From Ylistrum balloti (taxonomy: Eukaryota): DNA of 64,000 nucleotides. The number at the start of each line of letters is the position of its first letter. The first letter of the stretch is position 1. Shown here piece by piece: positions 39,401-51,490 of this stretch. The notes under the pieces were generated by a model that was given only the letters and a program-made list of their open reading frames with translations, had not been told where the DNA came from and searched no databases. The stretch is from assembly GCF_031769215.1 (NCBI RefSeq), contig NW_026781913.1, forward strand, positions 620,001 through 684,000, read 5' to 3'. The position numbers and the translations under genes are program-made.

Positions 39401-42400
39401 TCGTGAAAAGTTGTGAATATACTATGTACTGTAGAGATATTTCCTTACAGTTTACTCTATTATCAGGTATTTGTTTAACTCATAAATGTTTTAAAAATAC
39501 CAGGTATACATTGTTACTACAGGTATACATTGTTACTACAGGTATGTTACTACAGGTATACATTGTTACTACAGGTATGTTACTACAGGTATACATTGTT
39601 ACTACAGGTATGTTACTACAGGTATACATTGTTACTACAGGTATGTTACTACAGGTATACATTGTTACTACAGGTATGTTACTACAGGTATGTTACTACA
39701 GGTATACAATGTTACTACAGGTATACATTGTTACTACAGGTATGTTACTACAGGTATACATTGTTAGTACAGGTATACATTGTTACTACAGGTATGTTAC
39801 TACAGGTATACATTGTTACTACAGGTATACATTGTTACTACAGGTATGTTACTACAGGTACACATTGTTACTACAGGTATACTTACTTGTCCTCTCATAA
39901 ATTTCCTTCTGGATGTTGACTGGGGATCAGTCAGATTGATGTGTGTAGAGGGCAAGGCCACCCTAGGGTCAAGGCCACTGTAACCAAGGCCATGTTCATT
40001 GTCCTTAGCAACAAATGAAATAGGTGTGGTATCCTTTGGGGCAAATGTCACATCTTCTAGAAAATCATCCTCACTTTCTTCAGAACCCTGCAAAATACAA
40101 GGCAGTACATTTCTTTACCACTGAATCTAATAAACAGATAGATCAAAGATAAAGCCCTGACTTTTGCAAACAGCTGATCTATGTTCCTGTTCTGGTTTGA
40201 ATCTGGCCAGCAAAGAAAATATTCAAAGAAAGGCCTTGAAGAAAAAGAATTTTCATTGATGTCACATCTACATTTTCTGATGAAATTTCATGAAATTGAA
40301 ATACAATTTTCTATTGTCTACCCCATGATCTTATTTATATTGAATTTTAGAGTAGGAGGCAGGGTATTAATATCAGTCATACATTAACTAACAACAGTGT
40401 CAAGATAAAGGCAACAAAAGTACATGTATACATCAGCTGATGGACATCACTAACTGGTTGAACTTACACTGTTTATACCAGCAGATGAACCAGGAGGTGG
40501 GGCACACCCATACGTCTTCTTATCAGTGTTTGAGGAATCAGGAGGTTTAGCACAGCCATAGGACTTCTTACCAATATCTGTAATAGTTATTGGTAAATCA
40601 TCAGTATGCAAAGTACTGTTAATTTTTGTTAAAATTTATACTATTGAACACAGTACAAGAATTTTGGTTTGTGTTTACTCTGAACTAATCTTGAAATTTC
40701 TTTTTTTTGTAAAAACAGTTTACTCATTCCTAAATTTGTCAACAAAATAAAAAAAAACCGCTGAAAACCTCCAATTTTTTTACCATCACATACAATCTTT
40801 TAGAATAAAAATATAAATATGAATTATAAACACATAGCCATCAATTATTTTAGAAAATCTCATTGCCACTGTGAATGTAAAACCTTACTGAACACATGTT
40901 TTGAGCGAACTGTCCTTTTTTTTTGTCTCCGTTCACGAGGTCCAAGCCCTTGTCCTTCCTTCCAACCAAGTTTTCTCAAAAGCCTAACACCAATAGTCAA
41001 CCTACAAATATCAAAAGCAGAAGAATCTGACTTAAGTTTCAAACATATTATTGATGGTTTTAGTCAATTAATGAGTTACCAAACCAGTGATAAGTCACTG
41101 TCAAATAGCCAATCACAAGGTTATTGTATTAAAATGTATCTTACCTTTCTGGTGTTATAATATCAGCTAGGGCAGGTTCCCCACTAAACAGTGTTCCTGA
41201 AGTCATGTTTTTAACCTCATCTAACTGTCGTTTTCTGCGTTCCTGTGATCCAAACTTCCCTGCAGTCACCAACTTCCGTGGGGCTATACCATACTCCCCA
41301 AAGTCCTAGAAAATCAGCACAACAATCAAAGATTCATTAAACAAGACTATAACTGTTTCCATTTGTTATCAAAGCTTTCAACATTTTTTAAATTAGTGTA
41401 TATCAATATGAATTTGTAGGGAGCTTAAGAAACACTTTTACTCCTTATAATCAATGGGTTGTTTGGTCTGATAACAATGATTGTTACCACTGATACAGTG
41501 GCTCCTGTGGAGGCAAACAGTTTCACATCACAAACCAGCACCTCTCCAAACTGCAGGAGCCCTTGATGCGTAACATATTTTCTATATAGAGAATCTTTAT
41601 AAAGTTGACTGTTTAGAAAAAATGAAATAATCATGCTTGAGAATCTAATTTCTGTTACAAACATTCCTACCAATGTGTTACCTCATCATCCATAAAGTCC
41701 TCTGGTCTTTGTCCCTGGTCTTCATTCTCACACTTCTTGCTACGAGAGGACACAAAGGTTGATGGTCTGAAACCTTGACAGAAAAATAAAACTGGCTTGT
41801 ATAAAATACCATTAGACCATGATTTTTTATACAGTATACATTTCTTTCTAGTTTAATTCTTAATTGTACAAGACACTGTGTATACCATTGTGATTGTTAA
41901 CTATTCAAGGCATTGAGTATACCACTTTAATTGTTAACTATTCAAGGCATTGAGTATACCACTTAAATTGTTAACTATTCAAGGCATTGAGTATACCATT
42001 GTGATTGTTAACTATTCAAGGCATTGAGTATACCATTGTGATTGTTAACTATTCAAGGCATTGAGTAAACCATTGTGATTGTTAACTATTCAAGGCATTG
42101 AGTATACCATTGTGATTGTTAACTATTCAAGGCATTGAGTATACCATTGTGATTGTTAACTATTCAAGGCATTGAGTATACCATTGTGATTGTTAACTAT
42201 TCAAGGCATTGAGTATACCATTGTGATTGTTAACTATTCAAGGCATTGAGTATACCATTGTGATTGTTAACTATTCAAGGCATTGAGTATACCACTTTAA
42301 TTGTTAACTATTCAAGGCATTGAGTATACCACTTTAATTGTTAACTATTCAAGGCATTGAGTATACCATTGTGATTGTTAACTATTCAAGGCATTGAGTA

Positions 42401-45295
42401 TACCATTGTGATTGTTAACTATTCAAGGCATTGAGTATACCACTTTAATTGTTAACTATTCAAGGCATTGAGTATACCACTTTAATTGTTATCTATTTAA
42501 GGCATTGAGTATACCACTTTAATTGTTAACTATTTAAGGCATTGAGTATACCACTTTAATTGTTAACTATTCAAGGCATTGAGTATACCATTGTGATTGT
42601 TAACTATTCAAGGCATTGAGTATACCATTGTGATTGTTAACTATTCAAGGCATTGAGTAAACCACTTTAATTGTTAATTATACAAGATATAGATTATACC
42701 ACTTTAATTGTTAATTATACAAGATATTGATTATACCACTATACACATTATATTGTTTTCACAAAATTACATAAATGATAACTGTACCAACAGTTTGATC
42801 TTATTGAAAATTCAGGTGATCAATTCCATAATGTATGTTTTATCAGTTAGTCTTACAGGTGTTTCACAGTTTTCATCAACTTACAACTTTGTTATACAAT
42901 ATATATATAAACTATAATCCAGTAGTCTAGTCAGTAAACTTATAGGTAGAACAGTGCAGAACAATTGTTCTACTGCACTGGAGTTCACAACAGAAATCTG
43001 CTCTTTCAATTTATAATCAACTTTAAAACAACTTACCCTCCTTGGATCCCACAGAGTTGAAGTGTCCTGCTGAAAACCCTCCAGTAAAGGCTCCATGGAA
43101 CCTTGGTCGTCCTCTGCTATCCTTGGCTTGTTGCTCCTGAGCAAAAACTGGTTTCTTTCTTGGCTCATCTGACATAGATTATAATTATATGTTACATATT
43201 CATTTAACAAAAGATAAGTCTACCATCTTTGCTCTTGATAGCTTCTTATCACCTTGATTACATGTGTGATGATCAGTCAGAGCATTGGGTATGTAACCTC
43301 AGATGAAGATCTCAGCTGTATTGTTTGATGCCTCCGTTCCGTGGCAGTATGTGTTTCTCATGAAGCTAAGAAACAAACTGATCTATGCTGACATGGTAGT
43401 GTCCTTGGGAAAGACACTTTACTAACTCAAGATAGCATATGATGGGCCTCCTGTATGTTATCTAATGAGATAGCCACCAGCTACTAATACTATGTGGAGA
43501 CCCTGCTTAAAAATTACCCTGGTTGTTGAATGTTCACAGGGTGATAAATCCAGAAAACAAACAAATGTTAAAGTTTTTGTTTCAGGAAAAAGTTGTTTCA
43601 ACACGTAATTTACAAACCACATTGAAAATTGATTTTTGGTGTGTTGAAATTAAAGCATGACACCTGAAATAGTACTTTTGAGCAATTAATGTGAAAGTAA
43701 TCATTTTGTACATGAAAATCTTTTTGTTCATAAATATGTACAGTAAAATATCATTATAATCATTTTCATCATAATTATAAGGATTCAAAGTGTGACAAGT
43801 TAGATTGAGTTATCACTTGTTTTATCATTCCATGTTGATAGTAAACAAGTATAACAAATAGATTATGAGCTACAATGTAAATGTATATGCATGTGTTTAA
43901 AACTTCACACCAGGTCCTTTTCACTCTATTAGATTATAGATTGGGCTTTCCACAAGGTTTAATGCTTAAATTCAAATAAATTACATATTTTAGACATAAT
44001 TTGCAATAATGTTTCTGCAAACTTTGGTTATCACAAACTGATCTTTATAGTCCCCACGAATCTGTTATAAATATGTTTTGGTATATCAAAGTATGATTTT
44101 TCCCAAAATATAGTGCAAAATGTCATCCTTGGTGGGTGGGATTGAAAGGCCATTTTTGAAATTTGACACTAGTATGTATAATGAGATGGGAACAAAATGT
44201 TTGATATTCACCATCTATCATAGTAACGTCCAGTATTTTCCTCACAAAATACTGATAGCTCAGTGCTCTTGTAGTCACCATTTAACCTAGGGTATTTCTA
44301 ATTTTCTATGATATTAAAATTTATGTCCAAAATGTATCACAAAGTGAAACTGATCCAAGAAAACTTATTTTTGTTTATCCCTACATAGGAGATAACACTT
44401 CACAGAGGGCACTTCTACAAGAACCTGGCATATGCAGACCTAAACCACTGATTAAAATGTTTTGCGATCATTATTTCATCTTTTTAAGATAAAGTACAGT
44501 ACACTATGAATTAATGACTCCTGGTGGCCAAAAGTCATAGTTATACCAGCATAGTGAAGGCTTCAACGCAGACATCTTAATGCCATACATGTACCTGTAT
44601 ATGTTCTTGTCAAAGAAACCAATGAACTCCAACACTTAGCCGAAGATGGTCGATATGTGCTCCTGCCATGAGAGATTTAATGCAACTTGGGGATGGAAAA
44701 TGGATTTTCGGCTGATGTGCAATTAAATCATTAGTCTGAAGGGGACCCTTAGGACAAATAAATTATTTGATAAGTAAACAAAAACCTTCAACTCGAAAAT
44801 ACGGAATGCGGACATGAGATATATATGTTTGGGAAAACTCAAAAGGTGAACTACATTGACTGCGTTTGAGTGGAACTACAATGTGCCGCGAAGGGGAGTA
44901 TAAAAACCACATACAATCGTTTTAAAAGGAATTAGGAATTAACATGATTTCATTTTGCAAATGCAGTGATAAGAAAGCCACTTTGGTTAGTGTTCGGGAA
45001 CAGACTTTTTTGTGTTTTATCTAAGTCTTTCAACACATCAACACATGAGCCTGAGGTGAGGAATAGATTGCTACTGGTACTTAATCTTCATCTTACAGGA
45101 AAAACTCATGAGTATATAACCTATTTTTGATGAAATGATACATTGAATAAGTAAACGAAATGTGCAAATTAATCCCAATTATATATAAATGATGTTTTCT
45201 TCAAACCAATTTCACTGACCTTCGCTGATTTGTTCTAAAGCATTGCCTAGAGAGACAAACGAATCCTCTTCGTCAGAATCCATGGAGGCTGCCAT
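30493..45295 (-). CDS. GPATCH1: G patch domain-containing protein 1, ~970 aa, 19 coding exons
   Basis: Exons (minus strand): 45295-45220, 43168-43037, 41773-41682, 41305-41145, 41001-40889, 40577-40468, 40087-39887, 39297-39153, 38855-38589, 37387-37031, 36613-36435, 36197-36070, 35337-35195, 34391-34231, 33763-33604, 32622-32467, 32271-32111, 31789-31671, 30544-30493. All GT-AG with consistent phases, sum 2913 nt. Motifs: [24 protein letters not shown]-patch [50 protein letters not shown], and a Lys/His-rich tail. Confidence 0.95.
34780..35195. repeat. ~68-bp tandem repeat at the start of GPATCH1 intron 13; each unit contains CAG|GTAAGT on the gene strand
   Basis: tacttacc (reverse complement of the donor) at 34845, 34913, 34981, 35049, 35128 and 35188. 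Confidence 0.92.
35715..36115. repeat. ~76-bp tandem repeat, 5 copies, overlapping the 3' end of GPATCH1 exon 12
   Basis: ataagggttgggg at 35771, 35848, 35925, 35999 and 36075; the last lies in the exon. Confidence 0.92.
38131..38525. repeat. 21-bp minisatellite (acagaaagatacacccacatc), ~18 copies, GPATCH1 intron 9
   Basis: Directly visible; it produces the repetitive spurious ORFs at 38066-38546. Confidence 0.96.
39500..39882. repeat. 33-bp (20+13) minisatellite caggtatacattgttactacaggtatgttacta, GPATCH1 intron 7
   Basis: Directly visible; starts within a few bases of the exon 7 donor (39886). Confidence 0.96.
41875..42720. repeat. 37-bp minisatellite (gagtataccattgtgattgttaactattcaaggcatt), ~22 copies, two variants, GPATCH1 intron 2
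   Basis: Period 37 (41952, 41989). Variants accattgtgattg and accactttaattg occur in runs. Confidence 0.96.
43335..43565 (+). mobile_element. Degraded CORE-type SINE in GPATCH1 intron 1
   Basis: gtagtgtccttgggaaagacactttac resembles the CORE domain. The 3' part ccagctact...ggagaccctgc also occurs at ~14420-14450. Ends in an aaacaaacaaa tail. Confidence 0.45.
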
Positions 45296-45492
45296 TAAAG
45301 ATCAGCAGAAACGATTTATGAACAAATCAAAATATTTCCAGTATTGTCAATATAGAACAGGATCATAATAGTTGTGTTAAAGCAAATATTATTTTATGTT
45401 AAAATAATTTTTGTAATGAAAATATTTTTAATTTATCCAATGAAATATACAAATATGCGCAGCTCTGAAACCCACAATACGGAAAAGGTTAT

Positions 45493-45504
45493 TGCGCATG
45501 CGGA
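45493..45504. promoter_or_regulatory. NRF1-like motif in the 320-bp interval between the GPATCH1 and SOCS6 start codons
   Basis: TGCGCATGCGGA, one mismatch to YGCGCAYGCGCR. Confidence 0.5.
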
Positions 45505-45615
45505 AAGAATGACTTGGGTATCACCCAAAGTTGGAATACCTGCAATCTATTTTGACATTTCACAAATATTTGCGCTTTTCTTATTGACGATGATACTACG
45601 CTTCATACCACAGAG

Positions 45616-46899
45616 ATGATGAAGAAGATTACGTTTAAGGGAATGAGACAATCGTTTCAACGCCGACAGCGAAATCAAGGTGTGAAGGAAGAGAGTACGG
45701 ATGGTGAGAACAGCGGTGATAAACATGGTGACTCACAAACTCTGTCACAACAAAACTATGCAGACACAGAACATACAACGACGGAAGGCAGAAAAAAAGA
45801 AAAGTTTGGTATTCTGAAAAGCTTCAAGAGGAGGCTTACAACAAATTTAAGAAAAAAAGGTGATGATGGCGACAATGGTCGTAACATACTCGAGGACTTG
45901 GAATGTGGACACTACATGTCTGCTGGGGTGAAGGGTGAAGGAAATAGAGGGGGTAAGTTGAAGAGCAAGAGAAAACCGGCTCTGTGTGACATACCCTCCA
46001 AGTCTAACTCTTCCTCGCATAGCTATGACAGCCTCGATCTTAATATTTTACCGAACAATCTACAGAAACTGACGGATTTGCAATCAAATACAGATTCCAG
46101 TGAATTGTGTTCCAAAAAAGAGAAAGCCAGCTGTCGTTCTAAAGATATTATGAAATTTCATACAACAGAAAGAATAAAAAGTGGTAAAAATAGCCAGAAA
46201 GATTGTGTTCATGTTCTACAGTTGGATTTAATGTCGAAGAATAACTGTGATGTAAATTCAATCAGCAGAAATAGCTGTCTCAATGTTAGTGCGTTAGTGT
46301 CGTATCAGGACCCAAGACTCAAGGCAGATCTTGCAAATTGTCAGTCTCATGATTCTATTGAATCTGACTTGTTAGACATGGATGAACCTCCTAAGGTTTG
46401 GAGTCTTACGCAAGAATTGTTTAGGCTTTCCAGATTTGGTTGGTATTGGGGGCCTATAACTCGTGTAGAGGCAGAAGATAAACTTGCAAACCAACCAGAT
46501 GGTGCTTTCCTAGTTCGTGATAGTTCAGATGAACGATACTTGTTGAGTTTAAGCTTCAGATCCTATGGACGGACTTGGCATACACGCATTGAGCATTGTA
46601 ACGGCATGTTCAGTTTCTATGCTCAACCAGACACTGAGGGTTATCCCTCGATTGTTGATCTAATTGAGCACTCCATGAACGACTCCCAGACTGGGATATT
46701 TTGTTATTCCCGATCGAGATCCCCCAGGGCTCCGTCATTCCCAGTGAGACTCACAAAACCAATGTCCAGGTTTACCCAAGTGCGATCATTACAGTATCTG
46801 TGTAGATTTGTTATCAGACAGTACACTCGCTACGATCATATCCAACATCTTCCACTACCAAGCAGAATAAAAGGATGGATTGAGGAGAATCAGTACTAA
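45616..46899 (+). CDS. SOCS6: Suppressor of cytokine signaling 6-like, 427 aa, single coding exon (SH2 + SOCS box)
   Basis: GWYWGPITRVEAEDKLANQPDGAFLVRDSSDERYLLSLSFRS...HTRIEH (SH2) and VRSLQYLCRFVIRQYTR...LPLP (SOCS box). Closely matches the SOCS6 C-terminus as I recall it. Confidence 0.95.
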   Translation: MMKKITFKGMRQSFQRRQRNQGVKEESTDGENSGDKHGDSQTLSQQNYADTEHTTTEGRKKEKFGILKSFKRRLTTNLRKKGDDGDNGRNILEDLECGHYMSAGVKGEGNRGGKLKSKRKPALCDIPSKSNSSSHSYDSLDLNILPNNLQKLTDLQSNTDSSELCSKKEKASCRSKDIMKFHTTERIKSGKNSQKDCVHVLQLDLMSKNNCDVNSISRNSCLNVSALVSYQDPRLKADLANCQSHDSIESDLLDMDEPPKVWSLTQELFRLSRFGWYWGPITRVEAEDKLANQPDGAFLVRDSSDERYLLSLSFRSYGRTWHTRIEHCNGMFSFYAQPDTEGYPSIVDLIEHSMNDSQTGIFCYSRSRSPRAPSFPVRLTKPMSRFTQVRSLQYLCRFVIRQYTRYDHIQHLPLPSRIKGWIEENQY

Positions 46900-47809
46900 A
46901 TCTATCTGCAGCAGTCATCAACTTTATCGAGTGCTCTCATGATTCAACAATTTTCTAATGTTGCATAATTTTGGCAAACTGCTTTTGATATTTATCTAAA
47001 TTCCTTTGATTTGTGGAATGAACAAAGTTAGTTTTTAGACTGTATATCTTTTATTTTCTATCAAACTAGATATGTAAATTATTGCAAATTTATTTTGAGT
47101 ATATGGCTTCCAGTTCACTCTTGATTTTGAGTTATTTTTATTGTCATCAAACATTTTTGAATTTCAAGGGCCAAAACATGTCAAAAATACCTGTCTTTGC
47201 AAACTCAAGAATCGTACATTTTATGTCAAATGGTCTACTGGAAGCCATGCATAATAGGCTATTGAAAAATGCAGTACAATACTTCTTATTTAACTTATAA
47301 CTTGAAATTTCTTGCTGCAATGTTAACTTTGGATGCTTCTCCAATATTCTGTTGACTCATTTAATTTTCTGATTATGTTTCTTCTTTATTTCATTTCCTC
47401 CTGTTATATTAGGCTTGTTCATCAATAGCTTTTATAGTTCTTACAACTTCATACTGCCATTATATGCAAATAGTGTAACAAATCACTTGATAAAATTTAT
47501 ATATATATATATATATTCATTTCATTTCATGGATTTTTACATTGAAATATAAGAAATGTCAAATTTATACAACTTGTCTTTCTTCTTTTTCACTTTTGGG
47601 TGACAAAGTTTTCACATCTACCGCTAGCAATGTAACCAATATTACTAATTCAGTTCTTGAAAACACTAACATCTATTTCACTAGTGGTCTGATGTGTCTG
47701 ATGACATCCATCACTTAAGGAAAGATTTAAATTGATAGATGTCATCAGATGTATTATATACTTGTGGAGAACTGTATTTCTAGTTGTAAGATGTATTACT
47801 AGTATTGAG

Positions 47810-50800
47810 ATTTATCACTGATGGTGAGATGTATCACTGGTGGTGAGATGTATCACTGGTGGTGAGATGTATCACTGATGGTGAGATGTATCACTGATGG
47901 TGAGATGTATCACTGATGGTGAAATGTATCACTGGTGGTGAGATGTATCACTGGTGTTTAGATGTATCACTGGTGGTGAGATGTATCACTGGTGGTGGTG
48001 AGATGTATCATAGATGGTGAGATGTATCACTGATGGTGAGATGTATCACTGATAGTGAGATATATCACTGGTGAGATGTATCACTGGTGGTGAGATCTAT
48101 CACTGGTGTTTAGATGTATCACTGATGGTGAGATGTATCACTGATGGTGAAATGTATCACAGATGGTGAGATGTATCACTGGTGGTGAGATGTATCACTG
48201 ATGGTGAGATATATCACTGGTGGTGAGTTGTATCACTCGTGGTGAGTTGTATCATTGGTGGTGACATGTATCATTGGTGGTGAGATGTATCACTGGTGTA
48301 TAGCTGGTGGTGAGATGTATCACTGGTGGTGAGATGTATCATAGATGGTGAGTTGTATCACTGGTGGTGAGATGTACCACTGGTGATGATATGTACCACT
48401 GGTGGTTTGATGTATCACTGATGGTGAGATGTATCACTGGTGTTGAGATGTACCACTGGTGATGATATGTATCACTGATGGTGAGATGTATCACTGATGT
48501 ATCACTTGTATTGAGATGTATCACTGGTGTTGAGATGTATCACTGGTGGTGAGATGTATCACTGGTGGTGAGACGCATCACTGGTGGTGGGATGTATCAC
48601 TGATGGTGAGATGTATCACTGGTGTTGAGATGTATCATTGGTGTTGAGATGTATCACTGATGGTGAGATGTATCACTGGTGGTGAGATGTAACACTGATG
48701 GTGAGATGTATCACTGGTGATGAGATGGTGAGATGTATCACAGATGGTGAGATGTATCACTAATGTGAGATGTATTACTGGTGTCGAGATGTATCACTGA
48801 TGGTGAGATGTATCACTGGTGGTGAGATGTATCACTGGTGAGATGTATCACTGGTGGTGAGATGTATCACTGGTGTTGAGATGTATCACTGGTGGTGAGA
48901 TGTATCACTGATGGTGAGATGTATCACTGGTGGTGAGATGTATCACTGGTGTTGAGATGTATCACTGATGGTGAGATGTATCACTGGTGGTGAGATGTAT
49001 CACTGGTGAGATGTATCACAGGTGTTGAGATGTACACTGGTGATGAGATGGTGAGATGTATCAACTGCGGTGAGATGTATCACTGGTGGTGAGATGTATC
49101 ACTGGTGTTGAGATGTATCACTGATGGTGAGATGTATCACTGGTTGTGAGATGTATCACTGGTGAGTTGTATCACTGATGGTGAGATGTATCACTGGTGT
49201 TGAGATGGTGAGATGTATCACTGGTGGTGAGATGTATCACTGATGTGAGATGTATCACTGGTGTTGAGATACATCACTGATGGTGAGATGTATCACTGGT
49301 GTTGAGATGTATCACTGGTGTTGAGATGTATCACTGGTGGTGAGATGTATCACTGATGGTGAGATGTATCACTGGTGGTGAGATGTATCACTGGTGTTTA
49401 GATGTATCACTGATGGTGAGATGTATCACTGGTGGTGAGATGTATCACTGATGGTGAGATGTATCACTGATGGTGAGATGTATCACTGGTGGTGAGATGT
49501 ATCACTGGTGGTGAGACGCATCACTGGTGGTGGGATGTATCACTGATGGTGAGATGTATCACTGGTTGTGAGATGTATCACTGGTGAGTTGTATCACTGA
49601 TGGTGAGTTGTATCACTGGTGGTGAGATGTACCACTGGTGATGATATGTATCACTGATGGTGAGATGTATCACTGGTGTTGAGATGTATCACTGATGGTG
49701 AGATGTATCACTGGTGGTGAGATGTATCACTGATGGTGAGATGTATCACTGGTGATGAGATGGTGAGATGTATCACTGATGTATCACTGGTGGTGAGATG
49801 TATCACTGGTGGTGAGATGTATCACTGGTGTTGAGATGTATCACTGGTGTTGAGATGTATCACTGGTGGTGAGATGTATCACTGGTGGTGAAGATGTATA
49901 ACTGATGGTGAGATGTATCACTGGTGGTGAGATGTATCACTGATGGTGAGATGACTGATGGTGAGATGTATCACTGATGGTGAGATGTATCACTGGTGGT
50001 GAGATGTATCACTGGTGTTTAACTGGTGGTGAGATGTATCATTGGTGTTGAGACGTATCACTGGTGGTGAGATGTATCACTGATGGTGAGATGTATCACT
50101 GATGTATCACTTGTATTGAGATGTATCACTGGTGGTGAGATGTATCACTGGTGGTGAGACGCATCACTGGTGGTGGGATGTATCACTGGTGGTGAGATGT
50201 ATCACTGGTGTTGAGATGTATCACTGATGGTGAGATGTATCACTGATGTATCACTTGTATTGAGATGTATCACTGGTGGTGAGATGTATCACTGGTGAGA
50301 TGTATCACTGATGTGAGATGTATCACTGGTGTTGAGATATATCACTGATGGTGAGATGTATCACTGGTGTTGAGATGTACCACTGGTGATGAGATGTATC
50401 ACTGATGGTGAGATGTATCACTGGTGTTGAGATGGTGAGATGTATCACTGGTGGTGAGATGTATCACTGGTGAGATGTATCACTGATGTGAGATGTATCA
50501 CTGGTGTTGAGATGTATCACTGATGGTGAGATGTATCACTGGTGGTGAGATGTATCATTGGTGTTGAGATGTATCACTGATGGTGAGATGTATCACTGAT
50601 GGTGAGATGTATCACTGGTGGTGAGATGTATCGCTGGTGGTGAGATGTATCACTGATGGTGAGATGTATCACTGATGGTGAGATGTATCACTGGTGTTGA
50701 GATGTATCACTGATGGTGAGATGTATCACTGATGTGGTGAGATGTATCACTGGTGTGAGATGTATCACTGGTGGTGAGATGTATCATGAGATGGTGTATC

Positions 50801-51490
50801 ACTGATGGTGAGATGGTGGTGAGATGTATCACTGATGGTGTGAGATGTATCACTGATGGTGGGATGACTGGTGGTGGTGTATCATGTATGGTGAGATGTA
50901 TCACTGGTGGTGAGATGTATCACTGGTGGTGAGACGCATCACTGGTGGTGGGATGTATCACTGATGGTGAGATGTATCACTGGTGTTGAGATGTATCATT
51001 GGTGTTGAGATGTATTACTGATGGTGAGATGTATCACTGGTTGTGAGATGTATCACTGGTGAGTTGTATCACTGATGGTGAGATGTATCACTGGTGGTGA
51101 GATGTATCACTGGTGGTGAGATGTATCACTGATGGTGAGATGTATCACTGGTGGTGAGATGTATCACTGATGGTGAGATGTATCACTGGTGGTGAGATGT
51201 ATCACTGATGGTGAGATGTATCACTGATGGTGAGATGTATCACTGGTGTTGAGATGTATCACTGATGGTGAGATGTATCACTGGTGGTGAGATGTATCAC
51301 TGATGGTGAGATGTATCACTGATGGTGAGATGTATCACTGGTGTTGAGATGTATCACTGATGGTGAGATGTATCACTGATGGTGAGATGTATCACTGATG
51401 GTGAGATGTATCACTGGTGGTGAGATGTATCACAGGTGTTGAGATGTATTAATGGTGGTGAGATGTATCACTGATGGTGAGATGTGTCAC
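47810..51490. repeat. 19-bp minisatellite (gagatgtatcactggtggt; variants ...gatggt, ...ggtgtt), ~3.7 kb, about 190 copies
   Basis: Directly visible. The ORFs at 48339 and 50707 are translations of the repeat. Confidence 0.98.

Noticed and set aside
38066-39983. Repetitive ORFs ([24 protein letters not shown] repeats)
   Set aside because: They are translations of intronic minisatellites, open only because the unit lengths are multiples of 3.
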